From an uncultured Candidatus Micrarchaeota archaeon (lineage in GTDB: Archaea; Micrarchaeota; Micrarchaeia; Burarchaeales; Fermentimicrarchaeaceae), in assembly GCA_963760615.1 (NCBI GenBank), contig CAVXDX010000011.1:1-39388 (forward strand): a stretch of 39,388 bases of DNA, written 5' to 3'. The notes under the pieces were generated by a model that was not told the origin of the DNA, did not search any database, and worked only from the letters and a program-made list of their open reading frames with translations. Positions 1 through 9,571 of the stretch are shown here, in pieces (position 1 is the stretch's first letter; the number at the start of each line of letters is the position of its first letter). A program made the translations under genes and the position numbers.

Positions 1-1936
1 TTTTTTTTTGTGGCTGGACACATTCTCGTATTGCTCTGCCGCTTCCCCTGTAGCCCTTATTCGGAACTATTGAATAGTTGGTGTAGTACACTCCAAGACC
101 ATAGTTGACTGCATCGGTTGGATTCAATGAAAGGTAGTAGTTGACTTGGGGATACCATGGACTTGCATAGCTGGTTGTCATCTGCGGATACTGCCCTGTC
201 GGTGCGAATGCCCTGAGTATCCAAGTCGCATAACCATAGGCAAGCGGGTATGCGTCTGCAAGGCTCTGGTTGAACGTGTATCTGTAAAGTGCCATGAAGT
301 ATGAGATGGTCGGTTCGTGGTAATCCTGATAGCCACCTCCCTCCTCCCAGATGCCGTCCTCGGTTGTCTGTATCTGCAGGATGCTTTCAGGCGCTCCTGT
401 CATCTTGCTCCCGAGCTGGAAGGTGTCCCTCGCTATGAAGTTCGTAATCTGGAACATGTTATCATCGACATTTTGGTATTGTCCGTCATAATCCAACATG
501 GCGAGAGCGCATACCCCTGTCCCGCCCTCCTTCGCCAGTTTGCCAGTTCCCCAGTCCCCCCAAGTGTCGACTGTGTCCCTGTCCCCTCCTGTCGGGTAGT
601 TATACATCTCCTTGTCAACAAGATACGAGTCTTGGCAGAGGTGCGCCACATTATCCCTTATCGTCGTCATGTAGCTTGTTCCATGTGCTGCATCATAAGA
701 GATTATGTAAGGTGCATCCCAGTCGTAAGCCATAGAGTATTCAGTAGTTATCTGTCCCCAATACATCCCGACCGTGTTATATGGGCAAGTGTCGTTATAC
801 AGGGTCCAGACCCCTCCACTCCTCTCGGTTGTGTCTCCTGCAAAGCTCCTATTAAGGAAGCACCAGTTGCCCTTCCCTGCATAGAGCAAAGCCTGCATAG
901 TCTTGTTCTGGTATGTCGCCAACCCGTTTATGTTCCCGTGCAGGCTCATTTCCATAGCTTTCTGTGCCTTTGTGGTTTCGGATGCAGAACCACTTGTATA
1001 ATCGTAGCTTAAATCATTGGAAGCAAGGCTCGCAAGTGTTGAAAGCCAGCCAGAATAAGGTGTTGAACCGCCATAAACGACTGCCGGAGAGTTGCTGAAG
1101 TTAGTCGTGTAGAAATACGGGTGCTTCAGGATGTATTTGGTTGCGTTGTTGTTCCATGCCATGCCTTCTGTTCCGCTTGGGACTGCCTGCACCGTTACCT
1201 TAATCCTGTTAGGCCCTGCGAAATCAACCGTATATGCGAATGAATAGATGTAGCTTGAGCCATTTGCTATCGAGTGCGAGCTTGATGTCGAGGTTAGCAC
1301 ATCATTTATATACAGCCTTGCCACGACCCCGCTATCGGTTGCTGTGCCTATGTTGTTCAGCGTTGCATTTATCTGGAGGCTGTCGCCTTGGTTTATCGAG
1401 TAGATTGTCTTGTTGAACGTCAATCCGCTTTGCTGTATCCGCAATTCTGGTGCAGTTGCAACTGTTGCTGATGTGAAGTTAACTTGTCCCCCGTTTGATT
1501 CTATCGTTGCGACTATCCTATCCTCTCTCCAGCTGTTGTCGTAATGCACCGAGCCATCTGATACGGTTGTTGATGTAGCAGTCCATGGGGTGAATTTGAC
1601 ATACTGCCCGTTCTTCTGGAGGTTTATGTTATAGAGGTAATAGATTGTATCTGTTCCGTAAAATACGAATTTTATCTGCTGCCCTGTAGGGTCGTTGTTG
1701 CTTAAATCTATGCTTGTGTTCCCATAGTCATAATCCGTGCCGATGGAAGCGTAATTCTTCACGAGCGTGCTTCCAACGTATACGCTCATGTATGCGTAGT
1801 TATCCTTATGTGAGCTTGCCCGATTCCACGGTTCTGTATCCCTTTCTATAAAGTTCAGAGTCCAGCTGTCAGCTTCTGCTAGTGATATGTTGATTGCTAT
1901 GAATAATGATACTAGAAGCAAGTATCTGATTTTCAT
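1..1936 (-). CDS. Secreted protein: signal peptide, CARDB/Ig-like domain, heparinase II/III / alginate-lyase-like alpha-toroid region (3' end outside the window, >645 aa)
   Basis: Manual translation from ATG at 1936 gives MKIRYLLLVSLFIAINISLAEA and stays open to base 1, which explains its absence from the ORF track. CARDB-like stretch at ~1133-1455. YDW at 719-727 and DGIWEEGGGYQDY at 320-358 resemble conserved motifs of heparinase II/III-like lyases. Confidence 0.8.
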   Translation of the reverse strand, partial: MKIRYLLLVSLFIAINISLAEADSWTLNFIERDTEPWNRASSHKDNYAYMSVYVGSTLVKNYASIGTDYDYGNTSIDLSNNDPTGQQIKFVFYGTDTIYYLYNINLQKNGQYVKFTPWTATSTTVSDGSVHYDNSWREDRIVATIESNGGQVNFTSATVATAPELRIQQSGLTFNKTIYSINQGDSLQINATLNNIGTATDSGVVARLYINDVLTSTSSSHSIANGSSYIYSFAYTVDFAGPNRIKVTVQAVPSGTEGMAWNNNATKYILKHPYFYTTNFSNSPAVVYGGSTPYSGWLSTLASLASNDLSYDYTSGSASETTKAQKAMEMSLHGNINGLATYQNKTMQALLYAGKGNWCFLNRSFAGDTTERSGGVWTLYNDTCPYNTVGMYWGQITTEYSMAYDWDAPYIISYDAAHGTSYMTTIRDNVAHLCQDSYLVDKEMYNYPTGGDRDTVDTWGDWGTGKLAKEGGTGVCALAMLDYDGQYQNVDDNMFQITNFIARDTFQLGSKMTGAPESILQIQTTEDGIWEEGGGYQDYHEPTISYFMALYRYTFNQSLADAYPLAYGYATWILRAFAPTGQYPQMTTSYASPWYPQVNYYLSLNPTDAVNYGLGVYYTNYSIVPNKGYRGSGRAIRECVQPQKK

Positions 1937-1955
1937 AGAATCCCCGGACACTAAT

Positions 1956-1986
1956 GATTTATATTTGGATAAGACTATATATTAAG
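1956..1986. promoter_or_regulatory. Divergent archaeal promoter region with TATA-like boxes
   Basis: AAATATAAA on the minus strand (1966-1958) lies ~22 nt upstream of ATG 1936. CTATATATTAAG on the plus strand (1975-1986) lies upstream of ATG 2038. Confidence 0.45.
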
Positions 1987-2037
1987 TTGATAGTAAAATA
2001 AAGTGAACTGGCGGTTTGTAGATCCCTAAACTGTGAT

Positions 2038-5000
2038 ATGATGTTTAAATTTAAAGACATTCTTAAGAATTTGAAACCAGCGATCCCTATTTACCTGTAT
2101 ATACTTCTATTTCTAATCCTGCTGCTGGGTTACGTTGTTCCTGTCATCATGTATAAAACCCCTACTGGAACGGATACGTATACCCATATATTCTATACCG
2201 AGGAGATGGGAGCCTCTAACTCCGTTTCTGCCTTTTACCAGAGATGCAGCGAGAAGGGGTATATCAACTGCGACTATCCTTTCGGGCTTTGGCTGTTTGG
2301 CTCCATAGCTTCCGTGGTTACTGGTATACCAGTATACGACATATCGTACATTCTGCCGCTAATTCTTCTCTTCTTCGTTGTCGGGCTTTATTTTGCATAT
2401 GCAAAGCTATTCCTAAAGAATAAGGAGGCGCTAATTGCAGTTGCCTTTCTGCTTTCAATGCCAATAATATCAATAAACATACTTGCTTACTCCACCCTGA
2501 TATTCGCCATACCACTCCTTCTCCTCATACTGTACTTTACATTTGATGAATATATACACCCGGTTCCAAGGACGGCGTTGGTTGCACTTGTGCTTTTCAT
2601 ACTCAGCTTAACACATACCGGGACGTACATATTCCTGTTTTTCTTCTCTGTTATGTACATAATGCTCTTCGCCGGCATATGGGGGAAACTGGACTACAAA
2701 ATGTACTATCTGACCGCAAGCATGCTGGTTGTCTATACAATATCCATGAGTTATTTCCCCGGCGTCCAGCCTCAATACATGGACAAAGCTACAGAGGTTA
2801 TTACGATTGGAGAATGGATCTCGTCAAAGACAGGCATCGGACTCATCGGAGACCTGAGTCATGTATTCTATAGCCGAGTATTTGTTGATAAGGGACTGGT
2901 GGATGCAATACTATGGTCCGCCTTGATATACATGGTCAGTGATTTAATCGTGATAATCCGCTCCAGAGTGTCTATTCCAAAGAATTTAACTAGGAACATG
3001 CAGATCGGGGTTCCCGTGCTTGGAACCATTGAAAATGTATCTCATTCTGTTTTAACAACACCGTTCTGGATAGGGCCTATACAAACTGTTCTCTCTCTAT
3101 TGGGAGTATTTATGGTAAATGACAGCGCCAAGTGCATGTTCCTATCTGTCTTATTCGTATCAGTACTGCCAGGCAGCCTACATACGGGCCCGACAGGAGC
3201 TTTAAGGGAGATAGAATACTTCTTAGTGATACTGCCGATAACGTCCGCTGCAGGATTGACTTTCGTAATGGATAGGACGAAGTTTCTGCTGAGAGGGAAG
3301 CTGACTGCTTGGGCGTATTATCTAGGTTTATTCTTAATTTTCCTCGTATTGGTGATAACATCATTTATAGGGAATGCATACTATCGTCCCACCATTGCTG
3401 GAGAAAAATTTGAAATAGACGGCATGATCTGGCTTAGTGGTGTCGGATCTCCTGAGAACGGCGTTGAAGGTATGGGTTACAGGGACATGATAAACGTTTA
3501 CTCCGGCAAGATTGTTCCGAGCGTAACAACAGTTACAAGTGGTTCGGATACGAGACTGCTGACCAAATATATATACAGCATCTATGGCAACAGCAGTGGC
3601 GAATTCGCTGCTGACAATCTGTATGCGGCATTTAATGTGAAGTATCTCCTCACGTCCGACAGGGTGCTCAGGAATATGGAGATGAACGCTAGCGACCTCA
3701 CAATAGACTCGAATATGAAACTTGACAAGGTTTATTCCAGTATGGATAATTTTGCGATCTACGCGTACATAGAGCCAAGTTACACCCCGATTAGCAACCT
3801 GAAGAGCAGTGCGAACCTTGGGTTTGATGAGAATTATCCGGATATAAAAGATGTCAGAACAGCCTATCTCATCGGGGGCAAGAGTTATAAGATTCTGATA
3901 AGCAAGACAACGCCTCAGATACGCTATCTTGGAGGATTTGGCTTAAACCTAGGCGAGGGGACCATAAGCGACACCCTCACAATATACTGGAGAGGCGGGC
4001 CTAAGAACACGCAGATGAACAATTATTATCTTTCCGACCTGAACTATTCAATAAATGCATTTGGTAATGAGATAGAATATTCAACTATCCTGACAGGCTA
4101 CAACATTACCGATAAATGGGCTACTTTGAAGGTTACGTACATATTTTATCAGAATTCATTCAGCAGAGAAATCACGGTGTACAACGACTGGGTTGGGAGT
4201 TCGGATATGGAAGTCGGAGATTACACTACAGTATTCTCTCCCTTCAACCGCTTTGAATATTCTACAGACGAGGAGGAACCAGTTAAGAAGAAGGTGTACC
4301 CCGGCGAGGATAAGGTGAAGTTGGACGTGAAATTTAATAGGCTATTCATAAATGACGAGACCTATGGGATGTACATAAAATATCTGGACACTGCCCCATT
4401 CCCGAATACGTTAGATTACATAGGGAGTATATTCTACAACATGAGCACTATAACATTCGGGAATAAGTACATGGTGCCGGATTCTAAATACGTCCATATA
4501 ACCCAGCTTATGTCAGTTGGAAATGAGGAAGCAGCAAAGAAGAATGCAGACAGCTACTCCTCAGCATCGATATACCCCTACCCGGAGGGCAAACCTCCAA
4601 TAATAATTGTTAGCTACCTTAACTCGCTAAATGAAAGTATAGAACCTCGTTTGAACGTATCTCTGCAGGCTTACAGCGAATACAGAAACTTAGGCGTAAA
4701 TGATTTCACGGAAGGAGTAAGAATGCATGATAATGATATGAACTTAACTGCAATGGACTGGATTTCTATATACAACCCAAAAGTGATTCTATATGACAGC
4801 GTTTACTGGAATGGCGTTTATGACAATGCTTCCGTACAGGAGGAAAAGATTGGGAATGACTTGTATAATGCAAGGGGGTATACATCTTACTATACACTAA
4901 CACCTGAGGATTTGAAAATAAATCAAACCTACATTGATGACATACTTTCTTTAATTGATTCCTATAACAAGAGTAGAGCAAAGGAGTTTGATTGCAAAAG

Positions 5001-6456
5001 CACTATTGGGATAGACAGATTCCCATGTTTTGATTTGGACAGCTGCTGGAAGGCATGCTACACCCCGGTATGCCAGCAGGTTAAAACTGGTTCAGGCAAG
5101 CCATTCCTCGATATGATACAGGAGCTGTACAACCTTAGCTTAAACATCGATTCTAACATTTCAGCTTTCACTGATAAGTTAAACTCTACTTCTGAGTTCA
5201 ACAGCCTGGGGCAGTTTGATGAACTCGATACGCTTATAGGGAACATAGAGAACAACTCAATGGGAATAAACAAAGACCAACTCTTTGACACCAATTTTAT
5301 GGGATTCTGTTACCCTGTAGATTACAACCTCACATATCTGGAGCAAGCTAGGATGAAACTCGCAGATAAACGCGGAAGGATATACCCGTTGCTTGTAAGG
5401 GGGAACGTAACGAATGAAAAAATCAATATTTCTTCTGATGGCATAGTTCTGCAATGGCTTAGGTATAACTTGGATACAATAGGAATACTGCGGAGAAATA
5501 ACATTTCCTTTGCAATTGTGGATAGCATTGCAAGCCCCTCTGATTCCTTTAATGAGGAGGGGTTGAGACACCCCGAGTTTGCTTATTACATGGGGGATAA
5601 CACCGGTGTATTGCTACTGCCGGTCTCCGCCCCTGCTACGACATATCTTAGAATGAGCGGCAATTTTGGTGAATACACGAATAGCTGGAAGAAGACCATA
5701 GACTCCGTAATAAAGAATGATGATATGTCCATTTTCCTGTGGGAATCTGGCGAAATTGGTAGCGCAGAGTACCAGGATGGGATTAGGGAGGTTGTGGAGT
5801 ATGCAAAGAATAACAGCATGAAGTTTTCAAACGCTGGGGATATAACAAAACACTATAAACTTTTGGGAGGCGTGCATATTGTCGTGTCAAATGGCATGGA
5901 TACTGTTAATTTGAGAGTCAGCAACAATAATTCGGAGAGCATTGGGGGATTGGCCTTTAAGGTGATATTGCCCAGAATAGCGGGAACATGCCCATATTCA
6001 GCAAAAGGAGCCAGTATTGTTAGAACTGTTGAAGACAGTTCATGCAATGTTTATGTAAGTTTGAATTTGGATGCTAATTATGAGCGCAATGTGACCATCG
6101 AGCCGATTATGGGGAAGAACTCATTCAAACTAGAGCTCGCAGACCCCATAACTGAGGGTGATGTGAGAATACACGTAAGAGATAACTCAAACGAGTCAGT
6201 CGGCGAAGCAGTTTTGAGCGTCGGCGGAGTCACGACAAAAACTGATGAGAATGGGACGGCTGCCGTTTACCTTAGGAGAGGCAATTATACAATGACTCTT
6301 GAAAAGCCTGGCTTTGTGGACTTGAGGGAGGAAATAGAAGTAAAGGGCAGGGTATACCTGCTGGAGAAAGTCCCAGTCTATGTCTATGTAATTGCCATTT
6401 TCGTTCTTGCGGTAGTTTACTATGAAGCGAGGAAGAGGCTGCAGGAAGCGAAATAG
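2038..6456 (+). CDS. Large membrane protein: N-terminal multi-TM GT-C-like domain, extracellular beta domains, degenerate NodB/CE4 deacetylase-like barrel, carboxypeptidase-regulatory/PEGA-like domain, C-terminal TM anchor
   Basis: 1472-aa ORF with ~12 hydrophobic helices in the first ~445 aa and a GTDTYTH loop after TM1. WLRYNLDTIGIL and FLWESGEIG...IREVVEYAK resemble the second half of CE4 barrels. KTDENGTAAVYLRRGNYTMTLEKPGF is PEGA/CarboxypepD_reg-like. Ends with a hydrophobic helix and a basic tail. Confidence 0.7.
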   Translation: MMFKFKDILKNLKPAIPIYLYILLFLILLLGYVVPVIMYKTPTGTDTYTHIFYTEEMGASNSVSAFYQRCSEKGYINCDYPFGLWLFGSIASVVTGIPVYDISYILPLILLFFVVGLYFAYAKLFLKNKEALIAVAFLLSMPIISINILAYSTLIFAIPLLLLILYFTFDEYIHPVPRTALVALVLFILSLTHTGTYIFLFFFSVMYIMLFAGIWGKLDYKMYYLTASMLVVYTISMSYFPGVQPQYMDKATEVITIGEWISSKTGIGLIGDLSHVFYSRVFVDKGLVDAILWSALIYMVSDLIVIIRSRVSIPKNLTRNMQIGVPVLGTIENVSHSVLTTPFWIGPIQTVLSLLGVFMVNDSAKCMFLSVLFVSVLPGSLHTGPTGALREIEYFLVILPITSAAGLTFVMDRTKFLLRGKLTAWAYYLGLFLIFLVLVITSFIGNAYYRPTIAGEKFEIDGMIWLSGVGSPENGVEGMGYRDMINVYSGKIVPSVTTVTSGSDTRLLTKYIYSIYGNSSGEFAADNLYAAFNVKYLLTSDRVLRNMEMNASDLTIDSNMKLDKVYSSMDNFAIYAYIEPSYTPISNLKSSANLGFDENYPDIKDVRTAYLIGGKSYKILISKTTPQIRYLGGFGLNLGEGTISDTLTIYWRGGPKNTQMNNYYLSDLNYSINAFGNEIEYSTILTGYNITDKWATLKVTYIFYQNSFSREITVYNDWVGSSDMEVGDYTTVFSPFNRFEYSTDEEEPVKKKVYPGEDKVKLDVKFNRLFINDETYGMYIKYLDTAPFPNTLDYIGSIFYNMSTITFGNKYMVPDSKYVHITQLMSVGNEEAAKKNADSYSSASIYPYPEGKPPIIIVSYLNSLNESIEPRLNVSLQAYSEYRNLGVNDFTEGVRMHDNDMNLTAMDWISIYNPKVILYDSVYWNGVYDNASVQEEKIGNDLYNARGYTSYYTLTPEDLKINQTYIDDILSLIDSYNKSRAKEFDCKSTIGIDRFPCFDLDSCWKACYTPVCQQVKTGSGKPFLDMIQELYNLSLNIDSNISAFTDKLNSTSEFNSLGQFDELDTLIGNIENNSMGINKDQLFDTNFMGFCYPVDYNLTYLEQARMKLADKRGRIYPLLVRGNVTNEKINISSDGIVLQWLRYNLDTIGILRRNNISFAIVDSIASPSDSFNEEGLRHPEFAYYMGDNTGVLLLPVSAPATTYLRMSGNFGEYTNSWKKTIDSVIKNDDMSIFLWESGEIGSAEYQDGIREVVEYAKNNSMKFSNAGDITKHYKLLGGVHIVVSNGMDTVNLRVSNNNSESIGGLAFKVILPRIAGTCPYSAKGASIVRTVEDSSCNVYVSLNLDANYERNVTIEPIMGKNSFKLELADPITEGDVRIHVRDNSNESVGEAVLSVGGVTTKTDENGTAAVYLRRGNYTMTLEKPGFVDLREEIEVKGRVYLLEKVPVYVYVIAIFVLAVVYYEARKRLQEAK

Positions 6457-6466
6457 CCCTTGCGCA

Positions 6467-7915
6467 CTATGACGGATGAAGCAAGCCTGTAGTCAATTGT
6501 TTAGCTATTTCGATGTCATCCTTGTCTATTCCACCCAGTAGGTAAAAGGATATGGAGTAGACAACTGTAGAAATGGGTATGATGATGAGCACGTGCGTGA
6601 AGCGCAGATAAACCGTGAAAATGGCCATTATGATGGCTGAGATTACTATTTTTGAGAGCAGAGAAAAAAAGTCCCTCAGTGGAAGCCTAAACTCTGTTTT
6701 TGATATGGATAGATACATATAGCTCAGCGAGAATAGCTGGGTTAGTAAAGTTGCAATGCTGGCTCCCACGTAACTGTAACTAGGGATTAGTAGTACGTTT
6801 GCTATTAGATTTATCAGGGCACCAATTGCTGTCTGCTTTGCCATGAGAACCTGCTTGTCTATTGAGTTTAATAGGTTGGACATAATTGCATTTATGAAAA
6901 TTAATGCAGCAGACCAAATTAGTATCTGGAGCGATATTACTGAAGGTGCGTATTCCGGACCGTATATCAACCCGATTATCTTATCCGCTAGTAGTGTGGT
7001 GCCGACTGCGATAGGTATTGAGAGGATGAGGAGATATTTCATTGACCTTTCAAATAAAAGCGTGAGTTTCTCCTTTGAATATTTGAATAATCTTGAGGTG
7101 ACTGGGAAGAGGGCGGTTGTAATTGATATGTATATTAGATTCAAAGAATCTACTAATTTAGATGGAGCGCCGTAAAGGCCCACCGCAGTTTCACCTTTAA
7201 GTATTGACAGCAGGACTGTATCAAACCTTAGGTAGACCACAAGCAGCACCTGCGAGAGGGCAAATGGAAAAGCTTCACGCAGCAGACCTTTGGAAAGTTC
7301 TAGATCTAGGTCTATGTTCAATGCTATAAAGTTCTTTATGATAACGAGAAACTCAAACGCAACTATGACTACGCTTGATAGGAGGTACACGAAAGCAAAT
7401 CCGGTTATGCCGCCTCCGCTATAACTTATAAAAAGTGCTCCCAGTAAGAGGATTATACTGTTCAGTACTGTGGCTATTGCCATGTACTCCATTTTCTCAA
7501 AGCCTTGGAACACAGATTCGAGTGATACTCCAAGGTTGTTAAGCACAATCGAAATCCCGAGTAGGTACACGGTAGTGATAACTTGCGGGGGGTAACCCAT
7601 AAGGTTTATCACGATGGCTAGAAGGAGGAAAGTTATGGCTCCAAGGAACAACTTCAGTGTCAGCACGTTCGAAGTAATTTTACTCGCACATTTCTTATCT
7701 CTGGCTATTTCCCTTATCTGAAGCTTATTGAGCCCCAGATCTGACGGAACTGCGAATATGCCGGTGAAGGCAATGGCAAATAGGAGGGATCCAAAGTCAT
7801 CTACCCCAAGATACCTGGCAGCAATAACTATGTAAAAAAATGTTATAGATTTACCAATTACATCGGAAAGTATAAGCAAAGTAGCATTTTTTGTTATTCT
7901 TTGTACTGCGCCCAT
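6467..7915 (-). CDS. Wzx/RfbX-type oligosaccharide flippase (MOP superfamily)
   Basis: 482 aa, many TM helices. ARYLGVDDFG, DLGL..LQIREIA, RFDTVLLSIL...VGLYGAP and LIPSYSYVGASIATL are typical polysaccharide-export flippase motifs. Confidence 0.92.
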   Translation of the reverse strand: MGAVQRITKNATLLILSDVIGKSITFFYIVIAARYLGVDDFGSLLFAIAFTGIFAVPSDLGLNKLQIREIARDKKCASKITSNVLTLKLFLGAITFLLLAIVINLMGYPPQVITTVYLLGISIVLNNLGVSLESVFQGFEKMEYMAIATVLNSIILLLGALFISYSGGGITGFAFVYLLSSVVIVAFEFLVIIKNFIALNIDLDLELSKGLLREAFPFALSQVLLVVYLRFDTVLLSILKGETAVGLYGAPSKLVDSLNLIYISITTALFPVTSRLFKYSKEKLTLLFERSMKYLLILSIPIAVGTTLLADKIIGLIYGPEYAPSVISLQILIWSAALIFINAIMSNLLNSIDKQVLMAKQTAIGALINLIANVLLIPSYSYVGASIATLLTQLFSLSYMYLSISKTEFRLPLRDFFSLLSKIVISAIIMAIFTVYLRFTHVLIIIPISTVVYSISFYLLGGIDKDDIEIAKQLTTGLLHPS

Positions 7916-7922
7916 GGATCAT

Positions 7923-8417
7923 TCAACTCTTTTTCTTTATGATTATGTCGCCCTTATTTGTGACTATGCCTATCTGCCTAGCAGGAACTCCTGCGAATAC
8001 TGTGCGAGGGGGGATGTCTTTGGTAACCACGGCACCGGCACCAACTACGGAGAATTCGCCTATGGTAACGCCAGGGAGTATCACCGCACCGGCACCTATA
8101 TATGAATTTCTTTTTATGCTTACCTTGCCGTGCTCTATTGGCTTCTTAGGGTTCATCACATGCTTGCTTGTGTCATGAGTCACTACGATAACCCGGGCAG
8201 CGATCTGAACATCATCTTCTATGGTTATTAGGTCAGGCCTGGAATCTTCGAGAAAGACGTTTTGATTTATAGCGACATTCTCACCTATTTTGGTGCCTCT
8301 AAGTCTGTATAATGGAACCGCTAGTTTATCATGCGGCATGTTCATTGCGAGTACATGCAGTATGCCTTTGATTGTGAGGCTGTAACGGAACCGGTTGTAG
8401 ATATCTCTGATTCCCAT
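7923..8417 (-). CDS. Hexapeptide-repeat (left-handed beta-helix) acyltransferase, probably sugar O-acetyltransferase
   Basis: LRGTKIGENV, IEDDVQIAARVIVVTHD, YIGAGAVILPGVTIGEFSVVGAGAVVTKDIP...AGVPAR. Confidence 0.9.
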   Translation of the reverse strand: MGIRDIYNRFRYSLTIKGILHVLAMNMPHDKLAVPLYRLRGTKIGENVAINQNVFLEDSRPDLITIEDDVQIAARVIVVTHDTSKHVMNPKKPIEHGKVSIKRNSYIGAGAVILPGVTIGEFSVVGAGAVVTKDIPPRTVFAGVPARQIGIVTNKGDIIIKKKS

Positions 8418-8446
8418 ATTCTCACCATTTTATTATTTTACTCAGA

Positions 8447-8454
8447 TTTATATA
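8447..8454 (-). promoter_or_regulatory. TATA box upstream of the acyltransferase-flippase pair
   Basis: TATATAAA on the minus strand 30 nt upstream of ATG 8417, with a GGTGA RBS before the start. Confidence 0.5.
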
Positions 8455-8506
8455 TGATGATATGCTGAGGTGGATACTGTGAGGGCTGTATGGATAATTG
8501 ACAGAA

Positions 8507-9571
8507 TTAATCCGAATCACCTTTGAGTCGATGTAATCTCTTAGATCCAATTAGTCTATATGCTAATCCATACAGCTTTCCAGTCATGCGCGATGCCCCG
8601 GAAGAGTATTTTGTAGCCAAGAACCAGATTGATAAATCTGGGTTAAGCTGCATTTTGTATGCGCTTAAGTTTCTGTCAAAGCCCGTATCCATTATATCGT
8701 AAAATTTGAAACCGTTCCTCTTTGCCCATTTAATAGCTTCCCAGTGGATGAGATCGTTTGGATAGATGCTAGGCAGATCAGTTTTAGGAGAACCAATCCA
8801 AGCTGAAACCGTGTTATTATAGCAGATGAGGACAATTCCGCCGATTTTTTCTCCCTTGTATTTTGCGATGAATATTCTTAGATTTTGAGGAAAGAAATGC
8901 TGGAATAACTCATGCAGATAGTCTTTGGGTATGTTTAATCCGACGCCTTTTCTGTTTAGTCTCCTGCTAACACTACTGTAGAGTAAATCTAAATCCTGCA
9001 TAGAACCCTCTTCGACAGAAACTCCCCGCTCGAGAGTCCTGTCTATATTCCTCCGAAATTCTTTATCGAAGCCATCCCGCAGACTATCTAAATTTTTAGT
9101 CAGATTAAGAGTGAATGTATATGCTGGGTCAGTGGTATAGCCAGCCCATATGAATGGGCGCGAATCCAAAAGACGTGGAGGCGAACGGATTTTTATATAT
9201 TTCGCATTGAGCTCAGAAAATATGAATTTGTCAGTTGCCGTCAAAAGTTCAAATAAAGTAGATTCTTTCCTGCCTTGCTTCATATTTTCATAATCAATAA
9301 TCAAAGGGCCGAGATACAGGACACCGGCACCGGTGGGCGGTGAGAGGACTGATCTGAAAAAACCCTTTTTCTGATAGAATACGGGAAAGATGCCAATCGG
9401 GTTTGTGCCCTTAAACCCTATTATGGGATACAGCTTAGTTTTAGTGTGTTTTTCAACTATCTTAAGCCACTCCCAGGTGTGGAAAATAGTCCTATGCGGG
9501 GCTTTAAGTAGGAGTTTATCCCATTGGTTCGGGTCCGTTGCTATTTTTAGAGTCATTGACATAAATTTCAT
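8507..9571 (-). CDS. FemAB/FemX-like GNAT-fold transferase, paralog 1 (start may be 9562 or 9556)
   Basis: TIFHTWEWL N-terminal motif, FRRNIDRTLERGVSV, PNDLIHWEAIKWAKRNGFKFYD, YKMQLNP: the double-GNAT FemAB/Acetyltransf_6 signature. Confidence 0.85.
   Translation of the reverse strand: MKFMSMTLKIATDPNQWDKLLLKAPHRTIFHTWEWLKIVEKHTKTKLYPIIGFKGTNPIGIFPVFYQKKGFFRSVLSPPTGAGVLYLGPLIIDYENMKQGRKESTLFELLTATDKFIFSELNAKYIKIRSPPRLLDSRPFIWAGYTTDPAYTFTLNLTKNLDSLRDGFDKEFRRNIDRTLERGVSVEEGSMQDLDLLYSSVSRRLNRKGVGLNIPKDYLHELFQHFFPQNLRIFIAKYKGEKIGGIVLICYNNTVSAWIGSPKTDLPSIYPNDLIHWEAIKWAKRNGFKFYDIMDTGFDRNLSAYKMQLNPDLSIWFLATKYSSGASRMTGKLYGLAYRLIGSKRLHRLKGDSD
8720..8768. repeat. 49-bp exact repeat, paralog 1 = paralog 2 (9782-9830)
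   Basis: Direct comparison. Encodes IYPNDLIHWEAIKWAK. Confidence 0.85.
8838..8896. repeat. 59-bp exact repeat, paralog 1 = paralog 3 (10995-11053); 47-bp core also in paralog 2 (9912-9958)
   Basis: Direct comparison. Encodes FFPQNLRIFIAKYKGEKIGG. Confidence 0.85.
9224..9310. repeat. 87-bp exact repeat shared only by paralogs 1 and 2 (= 10307-10393)
   Basis: Direct comparison. Encodes GPLIIDYENMKQGRKESTLFELLTATDKF. Paralog 3 differs here. Confidence 0.85.
9357..9505. repeat. 149-bp exact repeat, copy 1 (= 10440-10588; 132-bp core 9359-9490 = 11513-11644)
   Basis: Base-by-base comparison by eye found no mismatches, including synonymous positions. Encodes HRTIFHTWEWLKIVEKHTKTKLYPIIGFKGTNPIGIFPVFYQKKGF. 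Confidence 0.9.

Noticed and set aside
1-10. Poly-T tract at the window start as a terminator or phase-variable site
   Set aside because: It lies within the open frame at the very edge and may be truncated or a contig-end artefact. It cannot be evaluated.
317-1012. 231-aa plus-strand ORF (and 1234-1416)
   Set aside because: Antisense shadow of the real minus-strand secreted protein, with no recognisable motifs.
4882-5421. Intein as the explanation for the insertion in the 1472-aa protein
   Set aside because: No N-terminal Cys/Ser block A, no C-terminal His-Asn, no LAGLIDADG motifs. The domain is predicted extracellular and disulfide-rich.
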